DNA of 20,000 nucleotides from positions 44,684 through 64,683 of the IMG/VR virus record IMGVR_UViG_3300030060_003974. One strand, 5' to 3'. The notes under the pieces are model-generated. The model worked only from the letters and a program-made list of their open reading frames with translations, was not told where the DNA came from and made no database searches. The translations under genes were made by a program, and so were the position numbers. This stretch comes from an uncultured virus (IMG/VR IMGVR_UViG_3300030060_003974) (lineage: Duplodnaviria > Heunggongvirae > Uroviricota > Caudoviricetes). Shown piece after piece: positions 10,617 to 17,722 of the stretch. Every line of letters begins with the position of its first letter. Position 1 is the stretch's first letter.

Positions 10617-10657
10617 TAATGACTACATAATGTGAAGGTAAGTAATTTAAGTCAAAT

Positions 10658-10691
10658 AAAAAAGGACAGGGGAGAAAAACTCCCCCACCCT
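10658..10691 (-). terminator. Intrinsic terminator after the SSB gene
   Basis: On the - strand AGGGUGGGGGAG-UUUUU-CUCCCCUGUCCU forms a 12-bp stem (3 G-U pairs) followed by a U tract, about 25 nt after the stop at 10716. Confidence 0.8.
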
Positions 10692-10715
10692 TATATAACC
10701 TACCTTAGATTATGG

Positions 10716-10973
10716 CTAGAAAGGTAAGTCTGGCTCAGCTTGTGGTTCAGCTTCTTCCTTTTTCGCCTCAGGCTTCCAAGTGTCCACTGCAACATAATGC
10801 GTTTTACCATACTGATCAGCCTCTCTTTTCTTCTGAACGATTAGCTTTACATACTTCTTACCATTGTATTCGAACATGTGTTCCTGTGGTAAATCTGATA
10901 AACATAAACTACAAGCGACTTGGTCTCCATCAAATTTGGAAACCCCGCTACCTACATAGATTTTTTCTGACAT
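10716..10973 (-). CDS. Probable single-stranded DNA-binding protein
   Basis: Small beta-rich protein with an acidic tail ending in DLPF; located in the replication/recombination cluster. Confidence 0.7.
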   Translation of the reverse strand: MSEKIYVGSGVSKFDGDQVACSLCLSDLPQEHMFEYNGKKYVKLIVQKKREADQYGKTHYVAVDTWKPEAKKEEAEPQAEPDLPF

Positions 10974-11137
10974 AATTTATTTATTTTAATGTTTTGTTCC
11001 ATATGATTAATTGTAGATATGATGATATCATCCTTATCTTGTCTACTATTACAGGACATTGGAACTTGAATCCACATAATAGAATTGCTTGGTGTTTTTT
11101 TTGGTATCCAAGACCAAAGTTTATTAAAGATTTTCAT
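10952..11137 (-). CDS. Hypothetical protein
   Basis: ORF track 10952..11197; start more plausibly at 11137 (MKIFNKLWSW), which minimises the overlap. Confidence 0.55.
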   Translation of the reverse strand: MKIFNKLWSWIPKKTPSNSIMWIQVPMSCNSRQDKDDIIISTINHMEQNIKINKLCQKKSM

Positions 11138-11867
11138 AATGAATGTATTGATTAATATCTTCATTTGCATTTTCTGAAAAGAATCTATTATATACAATCA
11201 CTGCTTCAGCAACCTTTTGTTGACCACTAGCTAAAAATATTTCAGTCGGCTCATATATACCTAAGTTGTGTGTTTGTTTATCAACTACATAAAAATGTAG
11301 AGGTTTATCAAACAACATTTGATATATATATGCCTGACTGTCATATCCAAAAGCACGAGCCTTTTTAGGAAACTGAGAAAGCGAACTTGTTGTCTTCAGA
11401 TCAATTAATATATTCTCTGAAACAATATCTGCTTTACCTTTCCAATTTAAACCCATATGATTACCTATGTTAGCAACCTCAAACTCATTACCCTCTCTAT
11501 ATATATCCTCAAAAAAGGTAAGGTTTTGCTTCATTGCATCTGCACATTTATTTAAATTATCTACCTCACTCTGTAACAATAGAATATCCTCTTTACTTTC
11601 GTAAACAGTTTCTTTGTAGACCTTAGTAGTACGTGTTGATGCATCAACTATTTCGTATTGATTTAGTTTTTCAGGCTCAAGCATAAGGGTGTGAAAATAA
11701 CTACCCTCAAGCATTGCTTTAGTTTTTTCAACAGTCTGATGAAAATCCTTTGGGTTATCTCTCAATGTTTTTATGTCGGAGTTTGATAACCATTTTTTTC
11801 CAAAGTCGCCATAATAACGACTGTCATCCTTCAACATATTAAGGATGTCTGTTTTGTTTAACTCCAT
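11124..11867 (-). CDS. PD-(D/E)xK exonuclease, RecE/DUF3799-like
   Basis: LSNSDIK, GSYFHTLMLEP, KGKADIV, IDLKTT, Y..QAYIY; adjacent to an annealing protein. Confidence 0.85.
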   Translation of the reverse strand: MELNKTDILNMLKDDSRYYGDFGKKWLSNSDIKTLRDNPKDFHQTVEKTKAMLEGSYFHTLMLEPEKLNQYEIVDASTRTTKVYKETVYESKEDILLLQSEVDNLNKCADAMKQNLTFFEDIYREGNEFEVANIGNHMGLNWKGKADIVSENILIDLKTTSSLSQFPKKARAFGYDSQAYIYQMLFDKPLHFYVVDKQTHNLGIYEPTEIFLASGQQKVAEAVIVYNRFFSENANEDINQYIHYENL

Positions 11868-11868
11868 A

Positions 11869-12414
11869 TTAAGAAAGTTTAGCTAGTTCCTTTTTAACAG
11901 ATGCTTTTATACTGTATTTAGTTTCTAACTGTGGAATTATTTTAGCTAGACCTAACGCTTTGTTCTTCGCTATATAACTTAATACGTTATACCAATTTTC
12001 ATCCCCTATGTCTAATACAATCTTTTTTTGTTGAGTTTTGATTGTAGATTTTTTAGGGCTTGGCTTGGATTGATTAGCTATTGCGTTTTCAACTTCGTTA
12101 GCTGAGGCAACAGATGTGTCAATACCAATACCAAAATTCCCTAATGCTCTACCCCACGCTGATGTTTCGCAATTTTCAACGTAAGATGTTTTGTTAATGA
12201 AGGTACTCCCTTTTTCTTCCTCAGCCATACCCGTTGCTATGACTCTACCATCTTCATTTATAATAGATGCGAGGATTAGGATTGATTTGTCAGTTTTCTC
12301 CAACACTTCTGATGTTAAAGAAAATTTAGGATATGTTTTTCTAAAATAGATTAACCTTTCGTTAACCTCAACATACTCCTTACCTTTGATGTTTACTGTT
12401 TTTAATTTTCCCAT
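11869..12414 (-). CDS. Putative single-strand annealing recombinase (Rad52/Sak-like)
   Basis: IKGKEYVEVNERL and ENCETSAWGRAL motifs; exonuclease-SSAP-SSB context. Confidence 0.65.
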   Translation of the reverse strand: MGKLKTVNIKGKEYVEVNERLIYFRKTYPKFSLTSEVLEKTDKSILILASIINEDGRVIATGMAEEEKGSTFINKTSYVENCETSAWGRALGNFGIGIDTSVASANEVENAIANQSKPSPKKSTIKTQQKKIVLDIGDENWYNVLSYIAKNKALGLAKIIPQLETKYSIKASVKKELAKLS

Positions 12415-12419
12415 TTGAT

Positions 12420-12821
12420 TTATTTTAATTTAATTAATTTGATTTTGTGTTTTGAGTATCTATTTAAAATACCCTCTCTTCTTGTTTTTAAATTCTGAAT
12501 GTGCTTGTCGTTTTTACGTGTGTTAACCTCAACTTTCATCTTGTTTTCAATCAGATCAAGTTTATGTAAGCAATTATTCATTGCAGTTATAACGCATCCA
12601 CGTTTCCACCCATTATTAAAAAAAACTTCATACTCGGTTTCGGTTAACTCCTGAAAGTAATCTCCACCTTTAGAACAATTAAGTATTTCTATATAGTCGG
12701 TAAACTTTTGCAACTTAACTCCCATATTTAAAAACGACTCTCCTCTACTCATAGTACAATAAATAGAAGATTTGTCTTCCTGTGCTTGTTCAAATATTTC
12801 TTGTAAACTATACTGCTTCAT
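12420..12821 (-). CDS. Hypothetical protein
   Basis: 133-aa ORF in a packed operon. Confidence 0.7.
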   Translation of the reverse strand: MKQYSLQEIFEQAQEDKSSIYCTMSRGESFLNMGVKLQKFTDYIEILNCSKGGDYFQELTETEYEVFFNNGWKRGCVITAMNNCLHKLDLIENKMKVEVNTRKNDKHIQNLKTRREGILNRYSKHKIKLIKLK

Positions 12822-13104
12822 TAATTGATTCTATAATATTTTTATAATCCTTATCGTTATCAATTGTCTGCTTTGCTTTTTTATATCCGTGAATGATGGT
12901 AGTGATGTGAACATCAAGACCAGCTTCAGACATAAATCTTTTTATATAAGCAACACGTATAGGTCTTTCCATGCATAAGTAGTAAAGCATTTGTCTTGCA
13001 TCTACTTTTTCTTGTTTCCTACTTTTGTCAAACATTTCATCTAAACTTAAATGAAACTGTTTTGATATAGCAGTAGCGTAGCTATTAAATATTTCTTTTT
13101 TCAT
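12808..13104 (-). CDS. Second DnaA C-terminal-like HTH protein
   Basis: F.LS..EM..KSR....VDARQMLYYLC and HITTIIHG match the DnaA domain IV pattern. Confidence 0.75.
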   Translation of the reverse strand: MKKEIFNSYATAISKQFHLSLDEMFDKSRKQEKVDARQMLYYLCMERPIRVAYIKRFMSEAGLDVHITTIIHGYKKAKQTIDNDKDYKNIIESINEAV

Positions 13105-13340
13105 TATTTCTTTTTTTCGTTTAATCTCTCTATTTCAAATTCTAAATGTGCAATCGCCTTACGTAAATCCTCGACAGGAGTTTGATGTTTCCTAGAACTA
13201 CGTAAGCAGTAAGTAACTGCAGTTCCGATATTGTAAGTGCAATCAAAATCACTAACAACATATCGTGCTTGATAATTTCTTTTTTTATTTGTACCTACAT
13301 AATAATGTGGTACTCTTCCATCTGTGGAATTTATACTCAT
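13104..13340 (-). CDS. DUF3310-like protein (T7 gp1.7 nucleotide kinase-like family)
   Basis: PHYY, GTAVTYCLRSSRK, EDLRKAIAHL. Start moved to 13340 (MSINSTD), just after the upstream stop. Confidence 0.75.
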   Translation of the reverse strand: MSINSTDGRVPHYYVGTNKKRNYQARYVVSDFDCTYNIGTAVTYCLRSSRKHQTPVEDLRKAIAHLEFEIERLNEKKK

Positions 13341-13344
13341 TCTT

Positions 13345-13548
13345 TTATTTTTTAAATTTATATTTCGACATATCATTATTGATAATCGTTTTTGGATTTG
13401 CTTTAGGTGGGAGTGGCTCAATAAATCTTTTTTTATATTCTATTTTACCACTGTATTTAAAGTAGTTATTTAAATCAACAAACACGTTTTGGTGGTGCTG
13501 ATCTAATAATTTTTTCTGATATAATTCTTTTATAAGATGTGTAGGCAT
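13345..13548 (-). CDS. Hypothetical protein
   Basis: 67-aa ORF; first gene downstream of the predicted promoter. Confidence 0.65.
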   Translation of the reverse strand: MPTHLIKELYQKKLLDQHHQNVFVDLNNYFKYSGKIEYKKRFIEPLPPKANPKTIINNDMSKYKFKK

Positions 13549-13570
13549 TGATTAGTATTTAAGAGAATAT

Positions 13571-13650
13571 CAGGGGGGACAAAAACATTTAATATTATGG
13601 GTTTCTTACACCCTTAAGATTATTGGCTATTATTAACCTAAACCCCCCTG
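13571..13650. other. GC clamp inverted repeat (CAGGGGGG...CCCCCCTG) in a predicted 5' UTR
   Basis: Perfect 8-bp inverted repeat at 13571-13578 and 13643-13650 enclosing 64 AT-rich nt. Confidence 0.55.
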
Positions 13651-13678
13651 TATATCCACATTATGAAAACACACGTAG

Positions 13679-13710
13679 CAAAACTATATAATTACTTTTG
13701 AATATGCAAG
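13679..13710 (-). promoter_or_regulatory. Bacteroidota-type primary sigma promoter
   Basis: - strand CTTG-N20-TAGTTTTG matches the -33 (T)TTG / -7 TAnnTTTG consensus, upstream of the replication operon. Confidence 0.65.
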
Positions 13711-13838
13711 TTATTATTTGACTTATTTTTAAGCATTGCATAATGCTCTATTGTTAATTGTTGTAGCCATCTTATGTAGTCATAATTTGGCTTGTCTTTT
13801 AACTTTTCTTTTAAAATAAGTTTCTCTAATTCATTCAT
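13692..13838 (-). CDS. Hypothetical protein, 48 aa (MNELEKLILKEKLKDKPNYDYIRWL...), not in ORF track
   Basis: Translated by hand; ATG lies 2 nt after the stop at 13841. Confidence 0.65.
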   Translation of the reverse strand: MNELEKLILKEKLKDKPNYDYIRWLQQLTIEHYAMLKNKSNNNLHIQK

Positions 13839-13840
13839 AA

Positions 13841-14641
13841 TTATCCAAATATTATTGGTTGATTTCCTTTTCTATCTTTATGACAGTGATACTCAAACAC
13901 TTCTTTAAGTGTCTTCCCATAGTATTCGTTTAAACTATAGCATTCATACCACCCCTCTTCATATGTATCACAAGCATTGGTGTGTTCTGTGCGTAGGTAA
14001 GATACTTCACATAAAAACTTGTACCCCTCTTCATATTCTACTACTTTGGTTTCGTGATTGTATACTCCAGACATTTCTTTAATGACTCCTCTGTCGTTAA
14101 TAGCAAACTCTTTAGAATCATCCCAATGTGGCTCTTCATACTGTCCACCACCAATAAACTCTCCATCTTCATACTCCATCCATCCACCCCATCCTGATTC
14201 CTCTTCATAAAAATAAGAAAATCCTTTAACAAGTTTTGCAAACTCTAAGATTAACTCTTCATCAAGTGGACTCCAAGCAGTAGTAAAGACATAGGTTTTG
14301 GTGTCTTCGTGAAATTCGTTGTCATAGCAACCCCACTTTGTACCCCAATTATCTAACGCCCAAGCATACCAATTATCAACTCCATATTTGGATTTGAATT
14401 TATTAGACATTTCTAAGGTTATCCCTGTGTTCCATATTCTCTCGCCTGACTCTCTTTTCTTCTCTTGATCCTGATATTCCTTTTCAGAAATAATAGTAGC
14501 TGGAGAGCTGGTGTGGTTTAACTCTTTAGGCATTGGATAAAGGTATTCAGCTAAACCTCTTTCTAGTTTTGCAATTTTTTTAAGTAGTTTGCAATCTTCT
14601 TTACTGTCCAATTGAATTGAACAAAAAACGTGATTAGGCAT
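13841..14641 (-). CDS. DUF1281/YubB ferredoxin-like domain protein
   Basis: MPNHV start, NWYAWALDNWGTKWG and FTTAWSP motifs characteristic of this family. Confidence 0.8.
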   Translation of the reverse strand: MPNHVFCSIQLDSKEDCKLLKKIAKLERGLAEYLYPMPKELNHTSSPATIISEKEYQDQEKKRESGERIWNTGITLEMSNKFKSKYGVDNWYAWALDNWGTKWGCYDNEFHEDTKTYVFTTAWSPLDEELILEFAKLVKGFSYFYEEESGWGGWMEYEDGEFIGGGQYEEPHWDDSKEFAINDRGVIKEMSGVYNHETKVVEYEEGYKFLCEVSYLRTEHTNACDTYEEGWYECYSLNEYYGKTLKEVFEYHCHKDRKGNQPIIFG

Positions 14642-14676
14642 AATATTATATTTAAATTAAACTTCGATTCGTTATC

Positions 14677-14721
14677 TACCACGAAAAGCCCGACACATTT
14701 ACGTGCCGAGCTATTCGCAGA
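14677..14721 (-). ncRNA. Unidentified structured RNA motif, copy 2
   Basis: UCUGCGAAU-AGCUCGGCAC-GUAAAU-GUGUCGGGCU-UUUCGUGGUA; aligns with copy 1 at 16931-16977 with compensatory changes. Confidence 0.6.
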
Positions 14722-14732
14722 ACAAACCACAA

Positions 14733-14828
14733 TTATAAACATTTACTCAATACTATCAATATGAATGTTATTACTACTCCTAAAAAAGAATAGAATGTTG
14801 CTTTTGCTTTATCTTCGTATTTACTCAT
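14733..14828 (-). CDS. Small membrane protein, 31 aa (MSKYEDKAKATFYSFLGVVITFILIVLSKCL), not in ORF track
   Basis: Translated by hand; overlaps the upstream stop by 8 nt; single hydrophobic segment. Confidence 0.6.
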   Translation of the reverse strand: MSKYEDKAKATFYSFLGVVITFILIVLSKCL

Positions 14829-15162
14829 CTTCTTGCATTTTATCTGCGTACTTACACGCAGAGTTATAAATATTTCTATCGTACTCTTGTACAAAGTCAA
14901 CAAAGTAATTCATCCATTCGTACAGTCCTGTATTCATAAAGCTATCCATCTCTCTTACTTCAATATCATCCTCATACTTCAATCCATTGATAGAATTTAC
15001 AACATACTTGTCAGGTGCGATTAAGTCGCACAATTGTTGGATTTGACATACATCATCTTCTGCCTCCCAACCTTTACCAAATTGTAAGTCAGCAATTTTT
15101 TCTAAATTGTTTGCCGACACAAAACTATATGTAGACATATAGCGTTCAGTTTTTATTCTCAT
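14821..15162 (-). CDS. Hypothetical protein
   Basis: 113-aa ORF with an A/U-rich AAUUAUG start context. Confidence 0.75.
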   Translation of the reverse strand: MRIKTERYMSTYSFVSANNLEKIADLQFGKGWEAEDDVCQIQQLCDLIAPDKYVVNSINGLKYEDDIEVREMDSFMNTGLYEWMNYFVDFVQEYDRNIYNSACKYADKMQEDE

Positions 15163-15173
15163 AATTTTAAATT

Positions 15174-15359
15174 TTAATAGTTGTCCATTCCTAAAAAGAG
15201 GGTGATGCTTGAATCACCCCCATCCTCCCACACTTCTATAATGTCGAGGATGTTGTCTCTATCAGGAATATTTGCTTTAGTTAAGTTCGCCACAGGCAGA
15301 ATCTCAGCATCCTGAAATTCACAATCCTGTAGCATTTTTACTAGTTCTTTTACTTTCAT
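15174..15359 (-). CDS. Hypothetical protein
   Basis: 61-aa ORF, MKVKELVKML start typical of small phage proteins; ATGA overlap with the upstream gene. Confidence 0.75.
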   Translation of the reverse strand: MKVKELVKMLQDCEFQDAEILPVANLTKANIPDRDNILDIIEVWEDGGDSSITLFLGMDNY

Positions 15360-15535
15360 AATTTTAAATGTTTAGGGTCGTAATTTTTACCATCTTGATA
15401 TTCGAGGATTGCATAAACATCTGCTTTGTTATCATAAGCAAACTTCATTGCCTCTTTTTTAGTTTCAAATTCATAGTCATTCTCTATGTAATCTCCACTC
15501 TCTGTGTACTCTCGTAATTCTACTATATAATTCAT
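15356..15535 (-). CDS. Hypothetical protein
   Basis: ORF track start is 15541; ATG at 15535 is preferred because it gives the same 19-nt post-cleavage leader as three other ribozyme copies. Confidence 0.7.
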   Translation of the reverse strand: MNYIVELREYTESGDYIENDYEFETKKEAMKFAYDNKADVYAILEYQDGKNYDPKHLKL

Positions 15536-15548
15536 ATTCATATGTTTT

Positions 15549-15646
15549 GGTTAATAAGGAAGATGATACGACATATAATCATCTATTACATTGTTGGTTT
15601 CTCCTAACAACAACCTTTTCGGATATTGAATCCTCATCAGTTAACC
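15549..15646 (-). ncRNA. Hammerhead ribozyme type I (HH7), UUA cleavage triplet, branched stem III
   Basis: GGUUAA-CUGAUGA-GGAU-UCAAU-AUCC-GAAA-AGG-[54-nt insert]-CCU-UA-UUAACC; predicted cut between 15555 and 15554. Confidence 0.85.
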
Positions 15647-16296
15647 TCTATTGATTTAATTATTTCCTCGCATAGCTGAGGTGGTATCTTGCTTCTCTCG
15701 TGATTACCTTTTAGTCCCTGTGTACCTGTTTGGCTTCCTCTTGGTGCTGGTGTATGACACGAGTCCCCATTCTTACACATTGGTCGTGGAGTCCATCCCA
15801 TATCGTTAGTCCAAATGTCAGTAGGTTTCATTCTTGAGTCGCCATATTGACAATAGGTAACAGTTTCTCTTCTGTGTTTCATATCCTCCCAATGAGGTGC
15901 TTTTCTCATTTTACCTCTTGGGTTTTCTACGTACCACAATAGCTTTGGATTCTTGTCTAGATAATCAGAAATGATTCCTAATGTTTTCTCGAAGATTTTT
16001 AAGCCGATCATCTCAGGATCACGAGGGGTAAAATTCTCTCCTGACACCCATTTCTTACCTATACAGGCAACAGAAAAATCAGTACAGGGTGGAGATGCCC
16101 AAATGACATCAGGAATCCACAACTCATCTAACTCTCCTACATTCATTTCATTCATACGATAGTCCCAATCCATAATATCGCCCACCCAATTTGTATTGGG
16201 ATAAGCTACATTATCAACAGAGAATACCTCGTGACCACGTTGCTCGGCAACTTTGCCTACACTACGTGAACCACTAAATAGTTCTAGTATTTTCAT
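15637..16296 (-). CDS. DNA (cytosine-5) methyltransferase
   Basis: Motif I ILELFSGS, catalytic motif IV WASPPC, motif VI VENP, YCQYG..RMKPT.IW. Confidence 0.88.
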   Translation of the reverse strand: MKILELFSGSRSVGKVAEQRGHEVFSVDNVAYPNTNWVGDIMDWDYRMNEMNVGELDELWIPDVIWASPPCTDFSVACIGKKWVSGENFTPRDPEMIGLKIFEKTLGIISDYLDKNPKLLWYVENPRGKMRKAPHWEDMKHRRETVTYCQYGDSRMKPTDIWTNDMGWTPRPMCKNGDSCHTPAPRGSQTGTQGLKGNHERSKIPPQLCEEIIKSIEVN

Positions 16297-16309
16297 AATT
16301 GTTGGTTTT

Positions 16310-16389
16310 GATTAAGACACAAGAGTAATAAGCTACCANNNNNNNNNNCACCTCTTGTGTTTCGGACATCAAGTCCTCATCAGTTAATC
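16310..16389 (-). ncRNA. Hammerhead ribozyme type I (HH6)
   Basis: GAUUAA-CUGAUGA-GGAC-UUGAU-GUCC-GAAA-CACAAGAG-[loop containing N gap]-CUCUUGUG-UC-UUAAUC; predicted GUC cut between 16316 and 16315. Confidence 0.9.
16339..16348. other. Assembly gap (10 N)
   Basis: Run of n inside the stem III loop of HH6. Confidence 1.
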
Positions 16390-16626
16390 TGTTTTGTATT
16401 TATCAACTAAATTTTCTAATGCATATATGTATTTAAATATATGGTCGCTTTTGTTTAGTTCATCTTGATACGCTTGGCTAAAAACGTATATCTCTTCTGC
16501 ATCTAACTCTACTGACAAATGGCGTTCATTAAAATCAGTGAATTCAGGCTCATATATATACTCTAAAATTTTGTTAGATAAATGAATCATTTGTTCCTCT
16601 TGAAAAGGAGTAAGTTTGTTTTTCAT
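16384..16626 (-). CDS. Hypothetical protein
   Basis: 80-aa ORF; its TAA forms the end of the HH6 stem I 5' strand. Confidence 0.75.
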   Translation of the reverse strand: MKNKLTPFQEEQMIHLSNKILEYIYEPEFTDFNERHLSVELDAEEIYVFSQAYQDELNKSDHIFKYIYALENLVDKYKTD

Positions 16627-16907
16627 AATTTAATTGTTTTATATTCATCTAGATATTTGTCCCACAAAACGCTACCTGTTCTAATTAAATGTTTATTCGT
16701 TTCTGATAATCCATCAATCGAAAATCCATCTACAGACAGGATAAAGTTTGTGTCTTTGGTTTTGTATTCTTTCATAATCAATTTGATACAGTAAGATACA
16801 TAATCTAAATCTAATTCTCTGTCATAAGGTACTATGTCAATGAAATCAGATTTTCCAAATCCAGAATCTATTTGAATGTTATTATTACTATTAATTTTTT
16901 CTTTCAT
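16623..16907 (-). CDS. Hypothetical protein
   Basis: 94-aa ORF with the shared ACUAUCAAAUUAUG leader. Confidence 0.75.
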   Translation of the reverse strand: MKEKINSNNNIQIDSGFGKSDFIDIVPYDRELDLDYVSYCIKLIMKEYKTKDTNFILSVDGFSIDGLSETNKHLIRTGSVLWDKYLDEYKTIKL

Positions 16908-16930
16908 AATTTGATAGTGTTATTGGTTTG

Positions 16931-16977
16931 TACCACCAAAACCCCAACACGTTTTACTGTGTTGAGGTAAGGGCAGA
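16931..16977 (-). ncRNA. Unidentified structured RNA motif, copy 1
   Basis: UCUGCCCUU-ACCUCAACAC-AGUAAAAC-GUGUUGGGGU-UUUGGUGGUA, flanked by GUUUGU/ACAAAC (16988-16983 with 16931-16926). Confidence 0.6.
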
Positions 16978-16992
16978 TAATCACAAACTAAA

Positions 16993-17238
16993 TCAGGATG
17001 CGTTTAAGGGCGATTCTATATTGTACTCGCCATCCATAATAATTGCATCAATAATTTCTTCTTCATAATTGTATAGGACATCAGTGACATCATCTCCATT
17101 GAGAATCATTTTATCTATTGTAATCTCCTCAATAGGTGGGGAATCATAACTTCCTGACTCAACGTAGTGTTCGTAATAAACTTCTACTACATTGTTTTCG
17201 GACAGTTCCCAATCGAATTGTAATTTAGTAGCTTTCAT
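16993..17238 (-). CDS. Hypothetical acidic protein
   Basis: 81-aa D/E-rich ORF containing G.YD.PP. Confidence 0.75.
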   Translation of the reverse strand: MKATKLQFDWELSENNVVEVYYEHYVESGSYDSPPIEEITIDKMILNGDDVTDVLYNYEEEIIDAIIMDGEYNIESPLNAS

Positions 17239-17240
17239 AA

Positions 17241-17495
17241 TTATAATGTTGGTATTGTTTCATAACCTTTGATTGTAGTGAACAACGCACCACCATCATT
17301 ACCCTCATCATCCATAGATGAATAGAGCCAAAACTTCTCGCCTTTTTTGTTTTCCATTAACATACATAAAGGAGATTTGTACCACATCATGTCTTCTACT
17401 ACTTCTTCAGACATATACTCGACTTTAATTATCTTACATCCTAAAAGATGTTTCTTTGCTAAATCAGTCCAACGTGTTTCTGTGTTTGTATTCAT
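17241..17495 (-). CDS. Hypothetical phage protein
   Basis: 84-aa ORF with C-terminal SMDDEGNDGGALFT; follows HH5. Confidence 0.75.
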   Translation of the reverse strand: MNTNTETRWTDLAKKHLLGCKIIKVEYMSEEVVEDMMWYKSPLCMLMENKKGEKFWLYSSMDDEGNDGGALFTTIKGYETIPTL

Positions 17496-17516
17496 TTTTG
17501 ATAGTATTATAGGTTT

Positions 17517-17571
17517 GTAAATGACACCTACATTGTAGGTGTTTCGGATATTTAATCCTCATCAGATTTAC
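17517..17571 (-). ncRNA. Hammerhead ribozyme type I (HH5)
   Basis: GUAAAU-CUGAUGA-GGAU-UAAAU-AUCC-GAAA-CACCUAC-AAU-GUAGGUG-UC-AUUUAC; predicted GUC cut between 17523 and 17522. Confidence 0.93.
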
Positions 17572-17722
17572 TTTCTCTTAGATTTTCTCTTGCGATTGCA
17601 TTCTCTTTTGCTCGACAATATACACTGTAGTGATTTTCACGTACATAATCCATAAAGTCAGTATAAAAAAGAATATCATCTTCTAAATTTAAGAGGTCTG
17701 TTGTCCATAGTTTTGTTTTCAT
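17552..17722 (-). CDS. Hypothetical protein, 56 aa (MKTKLWTTDLLNLEDD...RESKSDED), not in ORF track
   Basis: Translated by hand; ATGA overlap with the upstream gene. Its last codons read through the HH5 core and it stops in loop II. Confidence 0.65.
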   Translation of the reverse strand: MKTKLWTTDLLNLEDDILFYTDFMDYVRENHYSVYCRAKENAIARENLRESKSDED

